Of a stretch of DNA of 64,000 nucleotides, positions 1 to 11,487 are shown in pieces (positions within the stretch are counted from its first letter, which is position 1; the number at the start of each line of letters is the position of its first letter). This stretch comes from Nemertoderma westbladi (taxonomy: Eukaryota; Animalia; Xenacoelomorpha), in contig JAUCBJ010000009.1 in the NCBI GenBank assembly GCA_032718475.1, positions 1 to 64,000 on the forward strand, given 5' to 3'. Below the pieces are notes generated by a model, which saw only the letters and a list, made by a program, of their open reading frames with translations, made no database searches and was not told the DNA's origin. Made by a program: the position numbers and the translations under genes.

Positions 1-3000
1 GAACGTCGTCGTTATCTGAGGAGTATGGAGTTCCCTCAGTTAAATCGTCTCCTTCACTAGTATCTTCTTCCCATTCACTCACCTGGCAGACGCGCTCTTG
101 CGGTAGTCTTTCTTTGAGTGTTCTACTGGAAGGGCCAGTAAAGTACCAACCTACTCTAGTTCTTACCGCATAGGTCTGTAGTGGCTGCGGTTGAGCAGGC
201 CGTTTCTCTAATGTCTCCAGCGCCTCATGCGCGTTTTGGCCGATGAGTATTTGCACTCCAGGATAATCAGTCTGGAATCGAGGTATGTTAAGATGTTGGA
301 TGCTCTCATCCTCGTCCCAATTATAAAGGTCTGCTTGAGTAGTAGCGAAGTTCTTTATAGCCACCATTTTCACTGACCTTATGCTATGTTCTCCTAGTTC
401 GTCCTGGGGGGTGGACAACGCTCCTACATAATAATCCGCTGTTATTGTAGATTTCCAAACTTGCATAATGCCTGACATGTTGAGCTTAGTTTGGAACTTG
501 GGTTGTCCAGCAAATATATCTTCGGCTAGCTCTTTGTCGATGAATGTTCCTGTACTACCGGAGTCAAGGAGGGCGTTCACTACATAACTCCTCTTAGGTC
601 CGTGAACCCTTACTTGCACCACAGGAAACTCTCGGATCCCTACATTGGAAGATGGCTCTTTCCAAGATGGTTGTCGCTCAGAAGTAGTTAGAGTGAAGTC
701 GTTGTCTGTATCCTTTTCATAGGTGAGTGCTCGATACACTGCGGTATTTATCATGTAACAGGATTCGTTTTCGTCGGAAAACTCGTCTGTATAGAATCCT
801 TCCATCTCAGATTGATCAGTGTCGTTCACATCACTGAATTGGACATGTAGCTCGGAATCACTTACCTGATTCGGACTATTTCGCTCGAATTCAGCGTGCA
901 ACAAGATATGATGTTTCGCACCACACTTTGCACACCTTATGTCAGAGAAACAGGTACGCCGTTGGTGTCCTTGTCTGAGGCAATTATAACATAACCGCTT
1001 ATCCCACATGACTTCGCGTCTCTCCGTTAATGACTTCTTCAGGAATTCATCACACATATTCAAACGGTGGGTCCCGTCACACAGCGCACATTTCGGTTTG
1101 ATGTTACTTACCTTATTTTGAGTCACATTGTGTACACTTGCCTTTTCTTCGGGCTTTCTCACCGGAATTCTCTTGGGAGACGTGGGAGGAGTTTTTCTTA
1201 CCTGTGCTCTCCTGTCATTTGCTCGAGACTTGAATTTACTTACCTGATCTTTAGGCATTTTATTGACATAATAAGATCTATCAGTGTCTTTCCCGCTATC
1301 TTCTCCTTGAGAAGTCTGGCTTTCGCCGTCGTCTGTATAACACACTGGTGTTACCTTTCTCCTAGAGACGGGTTTTTCACTTACCTTGTTTTCCGGTGTG
1401 TTCTCTCTGGACAGTTTCAGGAGCTGTAATTTCACTTCTCCATCTAGGAATGACATGAGATCAGCCATGGTAGGATCTCGTCGTTGTTGTTCCATCATAT
1501 ATAACACTTTCTTATCCCAGCGTGTACCTACCCCACCTTTCGGTAAAGTAGAAGCCACAGCTCCAATGACCATAGAACTCTGGTATTCATGAGACTTACC
1601 TAACCAATCTAATTGTCTACAGATCTCTTGAATCTCATCGGAAAACTCTATTATCCCACTGCTGATGAACTTTCTGGGCGCTACTAATTTTGCATATAAA
1701 TACTTAGCGATATTATTCCTATTACCATACCTGATGTTTAGTGTATCCCAAACTTGTCTTAATCCGTCTGGATGTCCAATAAACTTTAACGCCATTAACT
1801 TGGGAGATCCTTCCAAGCACTCGATGAGGTATCTAAGTTTTTCTCCATTAGATAGTACAGAGTTCTGTATGTTATCTTTGTAATATTCATTAAAAGGTAA
1901 CCATTTCATCTCATCTCCATTGAACTTGACGATCTCTCCCACCTTTACCACTTGCCGGGCTTCGGTTCTAGCCATTTGACGCGTAAAACTTTCTTGGGCC
2001 ATCGTGTTATTCAATATCGAGTTATCGGTATATAAATTTCTCGGATTATGATCAGTTCTATAGGGAATGTCATTATCAACAGGTCTATAATTACCCTTAA
2101 TAGGGTTCACTATAGGAGTTTCTACTTCGCTAGCAGTATATATGCGTGTAGGCTCCACACCTTGCGCATGAGATACTTCAGACCTAACAGGTTGACACAT
2201 TGTTACAGAGGGTGGTGGTATACCCCTTTGAGTATTTACTAATTTATCGCGTTCTAGCGCGATACTTTGCTGCACTTCTTGCAACTCTAGCCTACTTTCC
2301 CTTACTGTGCCCTTGAATTGCTGGACAGTCTCCTGCATCTGCCCGAGCAGGAGATCCATCCCCCGCCGTCTCTCATCCACCCATTCGACCGCCAAAGCGG
2401 GAGTCGCCAACGTTGTAGCGGGCGGACGAGGGACAACGGGCGACAAATTATGAATATTTCGCTCGGGGTCCAGGACCTGAACTGTCTCCTGGGCAGTTCT
2501 ACGGGGCACAGGTAGCTTAGTGCTATGCAGAGGGAATTTAGAGGTAGTCTCAGGGAGCACAGGTGTGTCTATCACCGAAGGGGTGATTTCAAGAACAGGC
2601 CTAATTATTTCAGGCTCATCTACTATAGTAGGGAGTCTTTCTATTTTAATTATTTGGTCTGTGGGCTCTGTACTACCTAAGTTGGTGTTATTTAGTTGCC
2701 TTCTAACAGCTGGAGGCAAATCAGGCAATTTCTGACGGTGGAATGTTCTTTTACGTCTGCTTAGACGAGATCTATTTCCTTTGCCTTCAGTATCGGTGGT
2801 ATCGCCTTCCTCCGATGATGTATATCCCTGTCTTTTGGGAGTAGATCGATTCATCATCTGCATATTGCTAGCCGTTAACTGTTTATTTATGCAGTCTTGA
2901 TTCTCCTGAATGTTTTCCAATTCTAACTGGGTGGTTTCTTCAGTCGCTCTCCGTTCTGCTTCTGCCACTGCCTCTGCCGCCTTTCTTTCAGCTGCTGCTT

Positions 3001-3580
3001 CTGCCAAGGTCGCTTTTGCTTCTGCCGCTGCCTCTGCCGCCTTTGCCTCTGCCGCTGCCTCTGCCGCCTTTGCCTCTGCCGCTGCCGCTTTTGCCTCTGC
3101 CGCTGCCGCTGCCGCTTTTGCCTCTGCCGCTGCCGCTTTTCTTTCTGCTTCTGCAGCTACCACTGCTGCTTTCTTTCTGTCTTCTATACGTTTTTTCTTT
3201 ACTTGCTCTTCTTGGACTCGTGTCAGGCGGAGTTGTTCATCAAATTTAGCCTGATTCGCAGCCCTCATTTCCACATCGATGGCATCCAACACAAGCTTGG
3301 TTCCTTCACTATTAGGGCTAAGTCCCTCTAACCTTCTCCTCAACTCGTCATCACCTAAAAAACGTTGATAGTCTGACAGATAGATGTCAATGGCATCCCT
3401 CTTATGCGGTTTCTCTGCCGTCGCTTCACTTTCCACTTGGGAAAAGTAGCGTCTGTTGATTCTCCATGGGTTGAGCGCTCCTCCAGCTGAGCTTTCCACT
3501 GAGCTGTTCCTTGAACCTGGAGACTTACCCTTTGAAACCAAGTCTTTACGGCAACTTGCAACGACGTGTCTTGTCTTCGT
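1..3580 (-). CDS. BEL/Pao gag-protease(-pol) reading frame, open to the window edge; includes an Ala/Glu/Lys-rich (AEAKAAA)n segment at ~2940-3170
   Basis: The frame just below 3358 is the same as at the DSG motif (565) and at positions 1-60. The ORF track reports no stop-terminated minus ORF here, consistent with an open frame running off the edge. The upstream in-frame stop is at 3581-3583. Confidence 0.8.
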
Positions 3581-4347
3581 TTAGAAGCCTCCTCAAAGGC
3601 CGATAATATTAGCCTGATTCGTAGAATTCTTTCTCTAACTTGATAAAGCAGTTGTACCTGCTCTTGAGGTCCTTTTGGTTGTTGAAACAGTTGTCCTTTT
3701 ACTCGCTCCATAGAGCTGAAGAATCCCTGTGCGTATCCGGCTGCGGACCTCTTCCACACAGCGGGATCTATGGTTTCCTTGGCTACTCCCATCTGGTGTA
3801 TGTCTTCCCAGGCAGCTTCTGATAAATCAAACGGGAGTCCGGGTCCGGGGAAGTTCCATTGCGACTCGACCATGGACTTCAGTTCTTCCCTTGTGTATCC
3901 AGCATAACTATCTCTAGTTGAACGCTGGCTTCTCGCCCAATCGATCTGGTGTTCTTCCACAGCGATCAATAACCTAGTGAGTACGGCTGCAGGAAGGATG
4001 AGAAGGGGATCCGAATAAACCGCATCCATCATCTTTGCTCCGCGTTCTGGCGTCAGTTCTACAGTATCCTCACTACTGGGGCTGTTGGGCCGTTGAGAAG
4101 TAAGCTCTGGGCTCGCGGGTTGTTGCTGTTCCGCTGCTTCTTGGTCCCGCTTGACCTGAGCTCGAGTGCCTATGATAGACCTACGATGTTGGACCAGCCT
4201 AGGTTCTTTTAATACTACTGGAGGGATGACCTTCCTCACAGTGGGAGGTGAACTGAACTTACGACTAGACGGTTCTACGCCTCTATCTGAGTCGCAGATA
4301 GTTACATCTAATAAACTGTCTGACAGGTTCTGCTTAGTATCAGACAT
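3355..4347 (-). CDS. N-terminal part of the BEL/Pao gag (330 aa), out of frame by -1 with the rest of gag-pol
   Basis: First long ATG ORF downstream of the 5' UTR; overlaps the downstream gag frame over 3355-3580. Confidence 0.7.
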   Translation of the reverse strand: MSDTKQNLSDSLLDVTICDSDRGVEPSSRKFSSPPTVRKVIPPVVLKEPRLVQHRRSIIGTRAQVKRDQEAAEQQQPASPELTSQRPNSPSSEDTVELTPERGAKMMDAVYSDPLLILPAAVLTRLLIAVEEHQIDWARSQRSTRDSYAGYTREELKSMVESQWNFPGPGLPFDLSEAAWEDIHQMGVAKETIDPAVWKRSAAGYAQGFFSSMERVKGQLFQQPKGPQEQVQLLYQVRERILRIRLILSAFEEASKRRQDTSLQVAVKTWFQRVSLQVQGTAQWKAQLEERSTHGESTDATFPKWKVKRRQRNRIRGMPLTSICQTINVF

Positions 4348-5679
4348 GTTTATGTGTACAGTTGAATGTCTACTGCTGTATTACAGTCTGAGCAAGTCTA
4401 GTAACTCAGTATTAACTGATAGCCTAGTAATTAATTACCGATACTGCTACTCAGCGTAGCGTGATATATATATAATATATTAGGATACCGGTATGCTTAT
4501 AGTATATATAACTATTATAAGTTTTATTACAGACTAGGTTTATCACAGAATACCGGTATAATTTTAGCACAAATATATATAAATATATAATAGGCCTATC
4601 GGGAATACCGGTATACAGCTTACAGTTTGTAGTATATATAATTCTGGAATAGAATTAATTACAAGTACCGGTATAATTTCAGCCTAGATTTATAGAAATA
4701 AAGATAATAGGCCTGTCGTGAATACCGGTATATCAATTATTTTAAATAATTAAATTACTGAATTTTAGGGTTACTTTGTTACTTTACTTACTTTATTACC
4801 GTTATTTGAGCAGTAATCCAACTGATATTGAGACCTAATGGTTGTATGGTAGGCCTACGATTTATAAATCGTTAGATTTGATTTATAATATATATATACC
4901 CGTTTTAATGGGTTTTGTCAATGTTTGAAATAAATGTTATTATTTCTGAGGGGTAATCACTACACAAAGCGGTGCGCTTTCAGTGAAGTGTTACTTATAG
5001 GACACTAAAACAAATAATACTAATTTACCTAAGTTACTTAATACTACAAATTACGTACAATTCGGGTGAGATTACAATCTCTAAATAAACACAAAAATTT
5101 ACAAAAAATACAAAATACGAATTTTTTTAGGGTAATTTTACAAGAAGTCTACAAACCAGCCTAACAAAGGGTTAGAAATCTGGTTATTATAACGGACAGG
5201 GTACTACGGTATTTGAAAATAATAAGTAGTAGTAAATACACTGCGTTGTCCAGATAGGAAAATGCCACCGCCTGACGACCTATAGCCGTATCGCTATAGG
5301 TTCTACGTTATGTATCACGGAGTGTTCCTACCTAGAAGTTAATAGAGCTAATCGAACGTGCCTATCAACCACTTTACAACACAAATATAATGTCTACACT
5401 AATTACTCTCGGAAAGCACTGTACACTAAACCCTAAATTAGGTACGAGTACTTGTACAACAGATAATCAGTAGTTAAATATACTTGAACAGCTAAAAGAA
5501 CCACGGCATCTGCTGGAGTGACCGATGCACAAAATCACCAGTCTTTACCTACGCCAAGCAGCCCGTGTAGTACCGGGGTTAATTTAACTATAGCGGTATG
5601 TATAACAAACACAATTATTGTAGGAACAAACTTGGGGAATGAATGTTGCGAATAATCGCATAAACTCTGAATAATAAAT

Positions 5680-6245
5680 ATTACGCTACGCGTACAAACC
5701 ACTCAAACAAAATGCAGACCAAATACCGACAGACTACTATCAAGCCTAAACAAACTACGGTATATGCAGACTCCGAAATGATTAGGTAGTATGCGTTCTA
5801 ACCCAGTAGTACGACTTATTCTTTAGTTGGGGGTTTACCTTACAGCAATGGCTGCCCCTACTTCCTAACCGTTCTTTATCGGACAGATGCTTTACACACA
5901 CCGAAATCCGTTCAGACCTAATAACAGCCAGACAACTATCCAGCCTACAAATTATCTAAATAAATATTATACGCTACCCGTACAGACTTACACAAACAAA
6001 GTACAGACTAAACGATGGCAGACTACTCTCAAGCCTAAATAAACTACAGGACATGCAGACTCCGAAATGATTAGGTAGTATGCGTTCTAACCCAGTAGTA
6101 CGACTTATTCTTTAGTTGGGGGTTTACCTTACAGCATTCGCTGCCCCTACTTCCTAACCGTTCTTTATCGGACAGGTGACCTACACACACTGCAATCCGT
6201 TCAGACTTAACAGCAATCAGACAACAGCTCAGCCTACAAATTGTC
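5680..6245. repeat. ~290-bp tandem duplication in the retrotransposon 5' UTR
   Basis: GCAGACTCCGAAATGATTAGGTAGTATGCGTTCTAACCCAGTAGTACGAC... occurs at ~5766 and ~6055 with matching flanks. Confidence 0.9.
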
Positions 6246-6612
6246 TGTACAATCTGATCAGGCTTACACGCCTTCTGCTCAATACTGGCCTACAAATAAA
6301 ATAAAACTGACAGAAATAAGTAAGCTCCAAAAGAAACAAGGGGTGTACAGTCCCTAATCTCTTAAACAGCCTACCGGTATACAACAATCAAATCGAATAA
6401 TACTAGTGTACTTATACGGGAAGTTCCGGTTAGGACAGTTAGGCCTACGGACCTACAGAAGTACCGGTTCTGGCAGTTGGACCTACGGACCTACGGCAGT
6501 ACCGGTTCTGGCAGTTGGGCCTACTGACCTACAGATGGACCGTTCAGGTTTACCGGTTGACCGGTACTTTCAACTTTATTGCTTACTGCAATAAAGAAGC
6601 TATATCCGTTAT

Positions 6613-7769
6613 TGTTCGCGCTTTCAGACCTTTGGCAGTTTAACCCGCCAAATTAGAATGTCTTCTAGATAATAAATCACTTTTAGTCTATGACAAGTAT
6701 TTAATTCACTACACTAGTCGAAACCAATCTGTGCGCGATCATTCACCCGCTGGATATACCCGGGAGATTGGGTTCGACGGCTTAATCTTATTGCTATGTA
6801 AGCCTAATGTATTATTCGACTGACAGTATTATATAATCTCTGACAATATTATTCACCTTCGGGGAATATTAACAGTTCCTTTAGGACGTGGCGCTTTATC
6901 TATACAAACAGAGTTATGACTTAAACTACTCACAACGATATGGCTTAGTTATAATTCACATATATGGCGCATTCTTTAGGAAATGCTTCGTTATCAGTCT
7001 CATTCATACACAATGCTGCACACTGATCTGCCGATCTTCACTGATTTTAGTTATATATAAAAGGAACACGGACTGACTCATGTAGGGTCTATCAAATAAC
7101 ATTAGATTCACTTCAAACCACTTTAACATAAGTCACAATCGTTATATGTAACCTTTCTCTCTTACCTTCGGTATATCAAGAATATTGGGTTTCGGGGTTA
7201 TTTATCGTTATTCCAAATATAATAATTCATCAACCATATTATGAAGAACTGACAGTAAATAGCAGTATAACAATATAAAGTATGCACAGGTTGTTTGATT
7301 GTTTGGTTTGGATGGATAACCAATTTGTTATGTTTTGGTTTGATAACGGATATATGTCCTTATAATTAAGCCTACTAGTGTTCGACTAAAAACAGAAAGG
7401 CACAAAATATTTCCAAGCCGTTCTCTCCTGGCTTAGGAAAGAAAGACCAACAACACTGAAAACTGATAAGAATAACCTTATTTACAAAGGCTTCCACCCA
7501 ACACAGAGAAAGAACATACAGATAGGAAAATTCAGTTCAGTAGATCTGTGATAGGTCGAAATCAAAATCAACTCAAATCCTATTGGCAGATACTTTCCCA
7601 AGCTGGTTGAACAATCAAACGTAGCCCAGATCCCTTCGCACAGCGAATCAGCCAATCAGCCGGTAGCTTGCGCTATTCGAGTTATAGATCCCTTTTTAGA
7701 GTATTCAGCGCCTGGGGGGGAACTGGTTAACAAGGCAAACGAATCAGTTATCCCACAAAAGCTTTTACA
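6613..7769 (-). mobile_element. 5' LTR (~1157 bp) of the BEL/Pao element
   Basis: On the minus strand it begins TGTAAAAGCTTTTG and ends GCGCGAACA. Start, end and length match the TSD-flanked solo LTR at 37846-39004, with clear similarity over ~6613-7380. Confidence 0.88.
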
Positions 7770-8364
7770 CCTCCGCATTACTAATGTAATCCATAGTGGG
7801 GGGTTGGGGGGTGCTTTTTTGCCGAGTCAGCTCTCGGGGCAATTACCACACCCTGGTTTGCCATTCCACAGGGTGGGTGTCGCAGTGGAGTCAGATATGA
7901 GGCCCATCACCCATATCTACTCTGGCACACGTGACCCACCATTGGCTGTGCAGCTCATCTGCTGGGTCATGCCCTGTACCCCTGCTGCCAGGTGCAGGTC
8001 GCAGTGAAGTGTACTCAGAGTGGACATGAGAACACTCTACCTACTCCTGACCAGCCATTGGTAGATCACCATCTGCCTGGCCAGGCCATATACCCCTGCA
8101 GCCAAGTATATGGGTCCTTAATCCAGGACCAACGGAGTCCTTATCCCAGAACGAAGCGGGTCCTAGTTACAGGACCAGATTTGCCCTAGTAAGAGGGTCT
8201 ATGCAGCTACAGGTGGCACCTCCTTTATGCTGCATTGAGCTGGCAAGTTTTCTTGACCAATGACCTAGAATACCTGACCCGACCCGACTCAAACTTAATA
8301 TTCACTGAATGGTCTCACAGGGGTGTCAAAAGCAGTGGTCCCCTGACAGTCACGATGCGTTTTT

Positions 8365-8900
8365 TTATACTTTATGTTTATCGGAGCAAAAACGGGAAAT
8401 ATGACCAGAATTATAGCATGAGTAGCAAATTTTGTCTTTCCAACATCGTTCTTTAATGTGACCAGATCTTCCACATGATTCGCATATACGTCTGGCGCTT
8501 GGATTGCTCAGATTGTTTTCACATGAGCAGGATCTGGAAGAGCTTGAATGAAATCGGCCACAGCTTGTGCAGTTGAACCTTGATGTTCATACCACCAAGC
8601 TAAAACGGTTGTTTTTATGCTATGGGACAGCCCATCAATCAATCGTTGAATTATGGCATCTTTTCCTAACGACAGATACAGTAGTGTCCAAGGAACTACA
8701 GCCTGCAGCAGCACTGCAGCATGGGTACTCAGTAACGTAGTTTGCAAATTCATCACCTGGATTAGATGGTTTCTTTTGTCAGTATCATTCTGTTTCAACA
8801 CCTTTTAAGAGACTTTTATATGTAGCACAGCCGTCTGATAACTTTTCTTCCAAAGGTATCAAAATATCTTCACAAATAAATACTGGTAACATTTCTCATT
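8365..8900 (-). pseudogene. Degenerate retroelement gag fragment with two CCHC zinc knuckles
   Basis: 8520->8365 translates ...CESCGRSGHIKERCWKDKICYSCYNSGHISRFC..., followed by AAAAAAC. The upstream 97-aa ORF (8508-8801) is in another frame and resembles a capsid C-terminal helix region (IQRLIDGLSHSIK). Confidence 0.65.
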
Positions 8901-9147
8901 TCTTTTTATCATTATCAATATCTTTTCCGACAAAATACCCATTAATCTGACGTTTCCACGCATCAACTGACTGACATTCTACTGTTAAAATTGGTAAATT
9001 CGGCATACTCGCAGCGCCAATATAAAAGTTAAGAATCACAAATAAATCAAATATATTAATTCAATATAATTTAATAATATATTAATCCAAAAATAGTATA
9101 ATGAATCCTTCCTTCTTGCCTATCACAATTATATATCCTCATGACCG

Positions 9148-9903
9148 GGATAGTACTTAAGTCATATCTGAACCCAATCTGGACCCAATCTCGAGAATTA
9201 TACCAGATCTGAACCCAATCTGAATCGGAAATAGAAAGAGGGTTGACAATTATTAATTTTTGCATTAAGAATTTTGAATAAATTTTACCTATCTTTTTTC
9301 ATATTTAAGTTTGTGGTCAGCCACAGCACTACTGCTGTATATTGGGGACTGCAGTTACTGCTGTATTGTACTGCTGTGCAGTTGCAGTCATTAACGTTAT
9401 AGCTCACATTTACAGGTAGGCGGTATCCCAACTGACAACTACAGAACTACGACTGTACGGTTCTCATAGCAGTTCGGTTTCATATGTAGAGACAGCTGGA
9501 CAGATGTAGCCTAGGGACCGGTACCAGGCACTACAGTAGTAACCTACCCAACGTTAGACCGAAACCGAACTGCTCCGAGAACCGTACAGCCGTAGTTCTG
9601 TAGTTGTCAGTTGGGATACCGCCTACCGGTAACTGTGAGCTATAACGTTAATGACTGCACAGCAGCGCAGAACAATACAGCAGTAACTGCAGTCCCCAAT
9701 ACAGCAGTAGTGCTGCGGCTGCCGGCAAATTTAAATATGAAAAAAAGATATGTCAAATTTCTTCAAATTTCAAAATTGTTAATGCAAAAATTAATAATTT
9801 TCACCCCTCTTTCTATTTCCGATTCAGATTGGGTTCAGATTTGGTATAATTCTCGAGATTGGGTTCAGATAGGTTCAGATATGACTTACAGTAAGTACTA
9901 TCC
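9148..9903. mobile_element. Fold-back/MITE-like palindromic element (~340-bp inverted arms, ~80-bp spacer)
   Basis: 9148-~9480 is the reverse complement of ~9560-9903. The ORF track shows the same peptide (MQKLII...SDSDWVQIWYNSRDWVQIG) on both strands. Confidence 0.85.
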
Positions 9904-10479
9904 TTATGACCAGCTGTCTATGTACAGCTGTTACCCCTCACCATATAATACTGTATAAACCCTATATAGACCTTTACATGATTAAACCTGTTGTAAAATA
10001 ATTTCGGGGGGGGGGGGGGGGGGGGGCATGTACCTGAATAAAGACACTATATTCCAGGATATGGTGTATTCCCTTGAGGAACTTTCAGAAAATTTTTAAT
10101 TTTTCACCTTGATTTTGGGGCTCGTCTCCTTGGGTCATACCAGGGATAAGTAAATATACTCCGAAAACAATAATTTATTATACCGCTAATTGAACATTCG
10201 AATTAAAACAAAGGCTAATTACTGTACTGGTAAAGTAAATCACGAACAACTGTAACAAATATACTGTACAATCCAATTGAGTTAAGTTGAGTATCTAATA
10301 ATACATTTATAAAAAAGTACAAGGTGCAGTCAATAATTTGTTTCAATTTCTAGCACGTAGTTTATGTTCCACAAGTTCCTAGATAACTCGATATCTTGAT
10401 TTCCATTAAAGATTCCGAGATTACTAGTACTGTAGTTTGCGTCGGCGCCCTTTTTAGTTTTAGATTAGGGGAGTAACTA

Positions 10480-11487
10480 TCACGGTTGTGGAAAGGTGAA
10501 AACTAGCAAGGACACAGAAACTAACACTAACTGTGGAAACAGAAAGACACCTGAATTGTTTTCATCTTCCTTCAGATAGGAAGGGTCTTTGGTGTCTTTT
10601 TCCCGAACTGTTTTGTCTTCTTTATCGGTTGTTTGATCTGTTTCAGCCACGTTTATTGGGTCTGTTTCAGCCTCGTGTACTGGGTCTGTTTCAGCCACGT
10701 TTATTGTGTCTGTTTCAGCCTCGTTTACTGGATCTGTTTCAGCCTCGTTCATTGGGTCTGTTTCAGCCTCGTTCATTGGGTCTGTTTCAGCCTCGATCAT
10801 TGGGTCTGTTTCAGCCTCGTTCATTGGGTCTGTTTCAGCCTCGTTCATTGGGTCTGTTTCAGCCTCGTTTATTGTGTCTGTTTCAGCCTCGTTTAATGGA
10901 TCTGTTTCAGCCTCGTTTACTGGATCTGTTTCAGCTTCGTTTACTGGGCGTGTTTCAACCTCGTTTATTGGGTGTGTTTCAGCCTCGTTTATTGGGTCTG
11001 TTTCAGCCTCGTTTACTGGATCTGTTTCAGCCTCGTTCATTGGGTCTGTTTCTGCCTCGTTCATTGGGTCTGTTTCAGCCTCGTTCATTGGGTCTGTTTC
11101 AGCCTCGTTTATTGGGTCTGTTTCAGCCTCGTTTATTGGGTCTGTTTCAGCCTCGTTAACTGTATCTGTTTCAGCCTCGTTTACTGGGTCTGTTTCAGCC
11201 TCGTTTATTGGGCCTGTTTCAGCCTCGTTTATTGGGTCTGTTTCAGCCTCGTTTATTGGGTCTGTTTCAGTCTCGTTTATTGGGTCTGTTTCAGTCTCAT
11301 TTACTGGATCTGTTTCTGACTCGTTTACTGGATCTGTTTCCGTCTCGTTTATTGGGTCGGTTCCATTATCTGCTTTTTCCGCGGTGGGTGTGTCTGCTTC
11401 ACCTGTAGTTAGTAATGTCCGACCATATCCTCCACAAATAAACCCCATCACAAGGTTCAGTATAACAATTGCCTTGAATAATCCCAT
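10480..11487 (-). CDS. Predicted secreted, GPI-anchored acidic repeat protein (335 aa; 30 x TDPxNEAE)
   Basis: N-terminal signal peptide (MGLFKAIVILNLVMGFICGGYG), in-frame 24-bp repeats, and a C-terminal small-residue site (NNSG) followed by a hydrophobic tail. Single uninterrupted ATG-to-stop ORF with unique non-repeat ends. Confidence 0.8.
   Translation of the reverse strand: MGLFKAIVILNLVMGFICGGYGRTLLTTGEADTPTAEKADNGTDPINETETDPVNESETDPVNETETDPINETETDPINEAETDPINEAETGPINEAETDPVNEAETDTVNEAETDPINEAETDPINEAETDPMNEAETDPMNEAETDPMNEAETDPVNEAETDPINEAETHPINEVETRPVNEAETDPVNEAETDPLNEAETDTINEAETDPMNEAETDPMNEAETDPMIEAETDPMNEAETDPMNEAETDPVNEAETDTINVAETDPVHEAETDPINVAETDQTTDKEDKTVREKDTKDPSYLKEDENNSGVFLFPQLVLVSVSLLVFTFPQP
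10639..11361. repeat. 24-bp coding minisatellite (~30 units)
   Basis: Unit GGGTCTGTTTCAGCCTCGTTYATT. Confidence 0.95.

Larger units (their letters stand above)
1..7769 (-). mobile_element. BEL/Pao LTR retrotransposon, 5' half (5' LTR, long 5' UTR, gag, protease); continues beyond the left window edge
   Basis: Minus-strand translation gives the Pao-type triple Zn knuckle (CALCDGTHRLNMC...CYNCLRQGHQRRTC...CAKCGAKHHILLH, ~900-1090), an aspartic protease motif ALLDSGSTGTFI (~545-575) and the downstream AVRTRVGW motif. LTR defined by comparison with the solo LTR at 37846-39004. Confidence 0.93.

Noticed and set aside
1067-4459. Plus-strand ORFs including the poly-Ala and (LP)n peptides
   Set aside because: Antisense shadows of the minus-strand gag frame.
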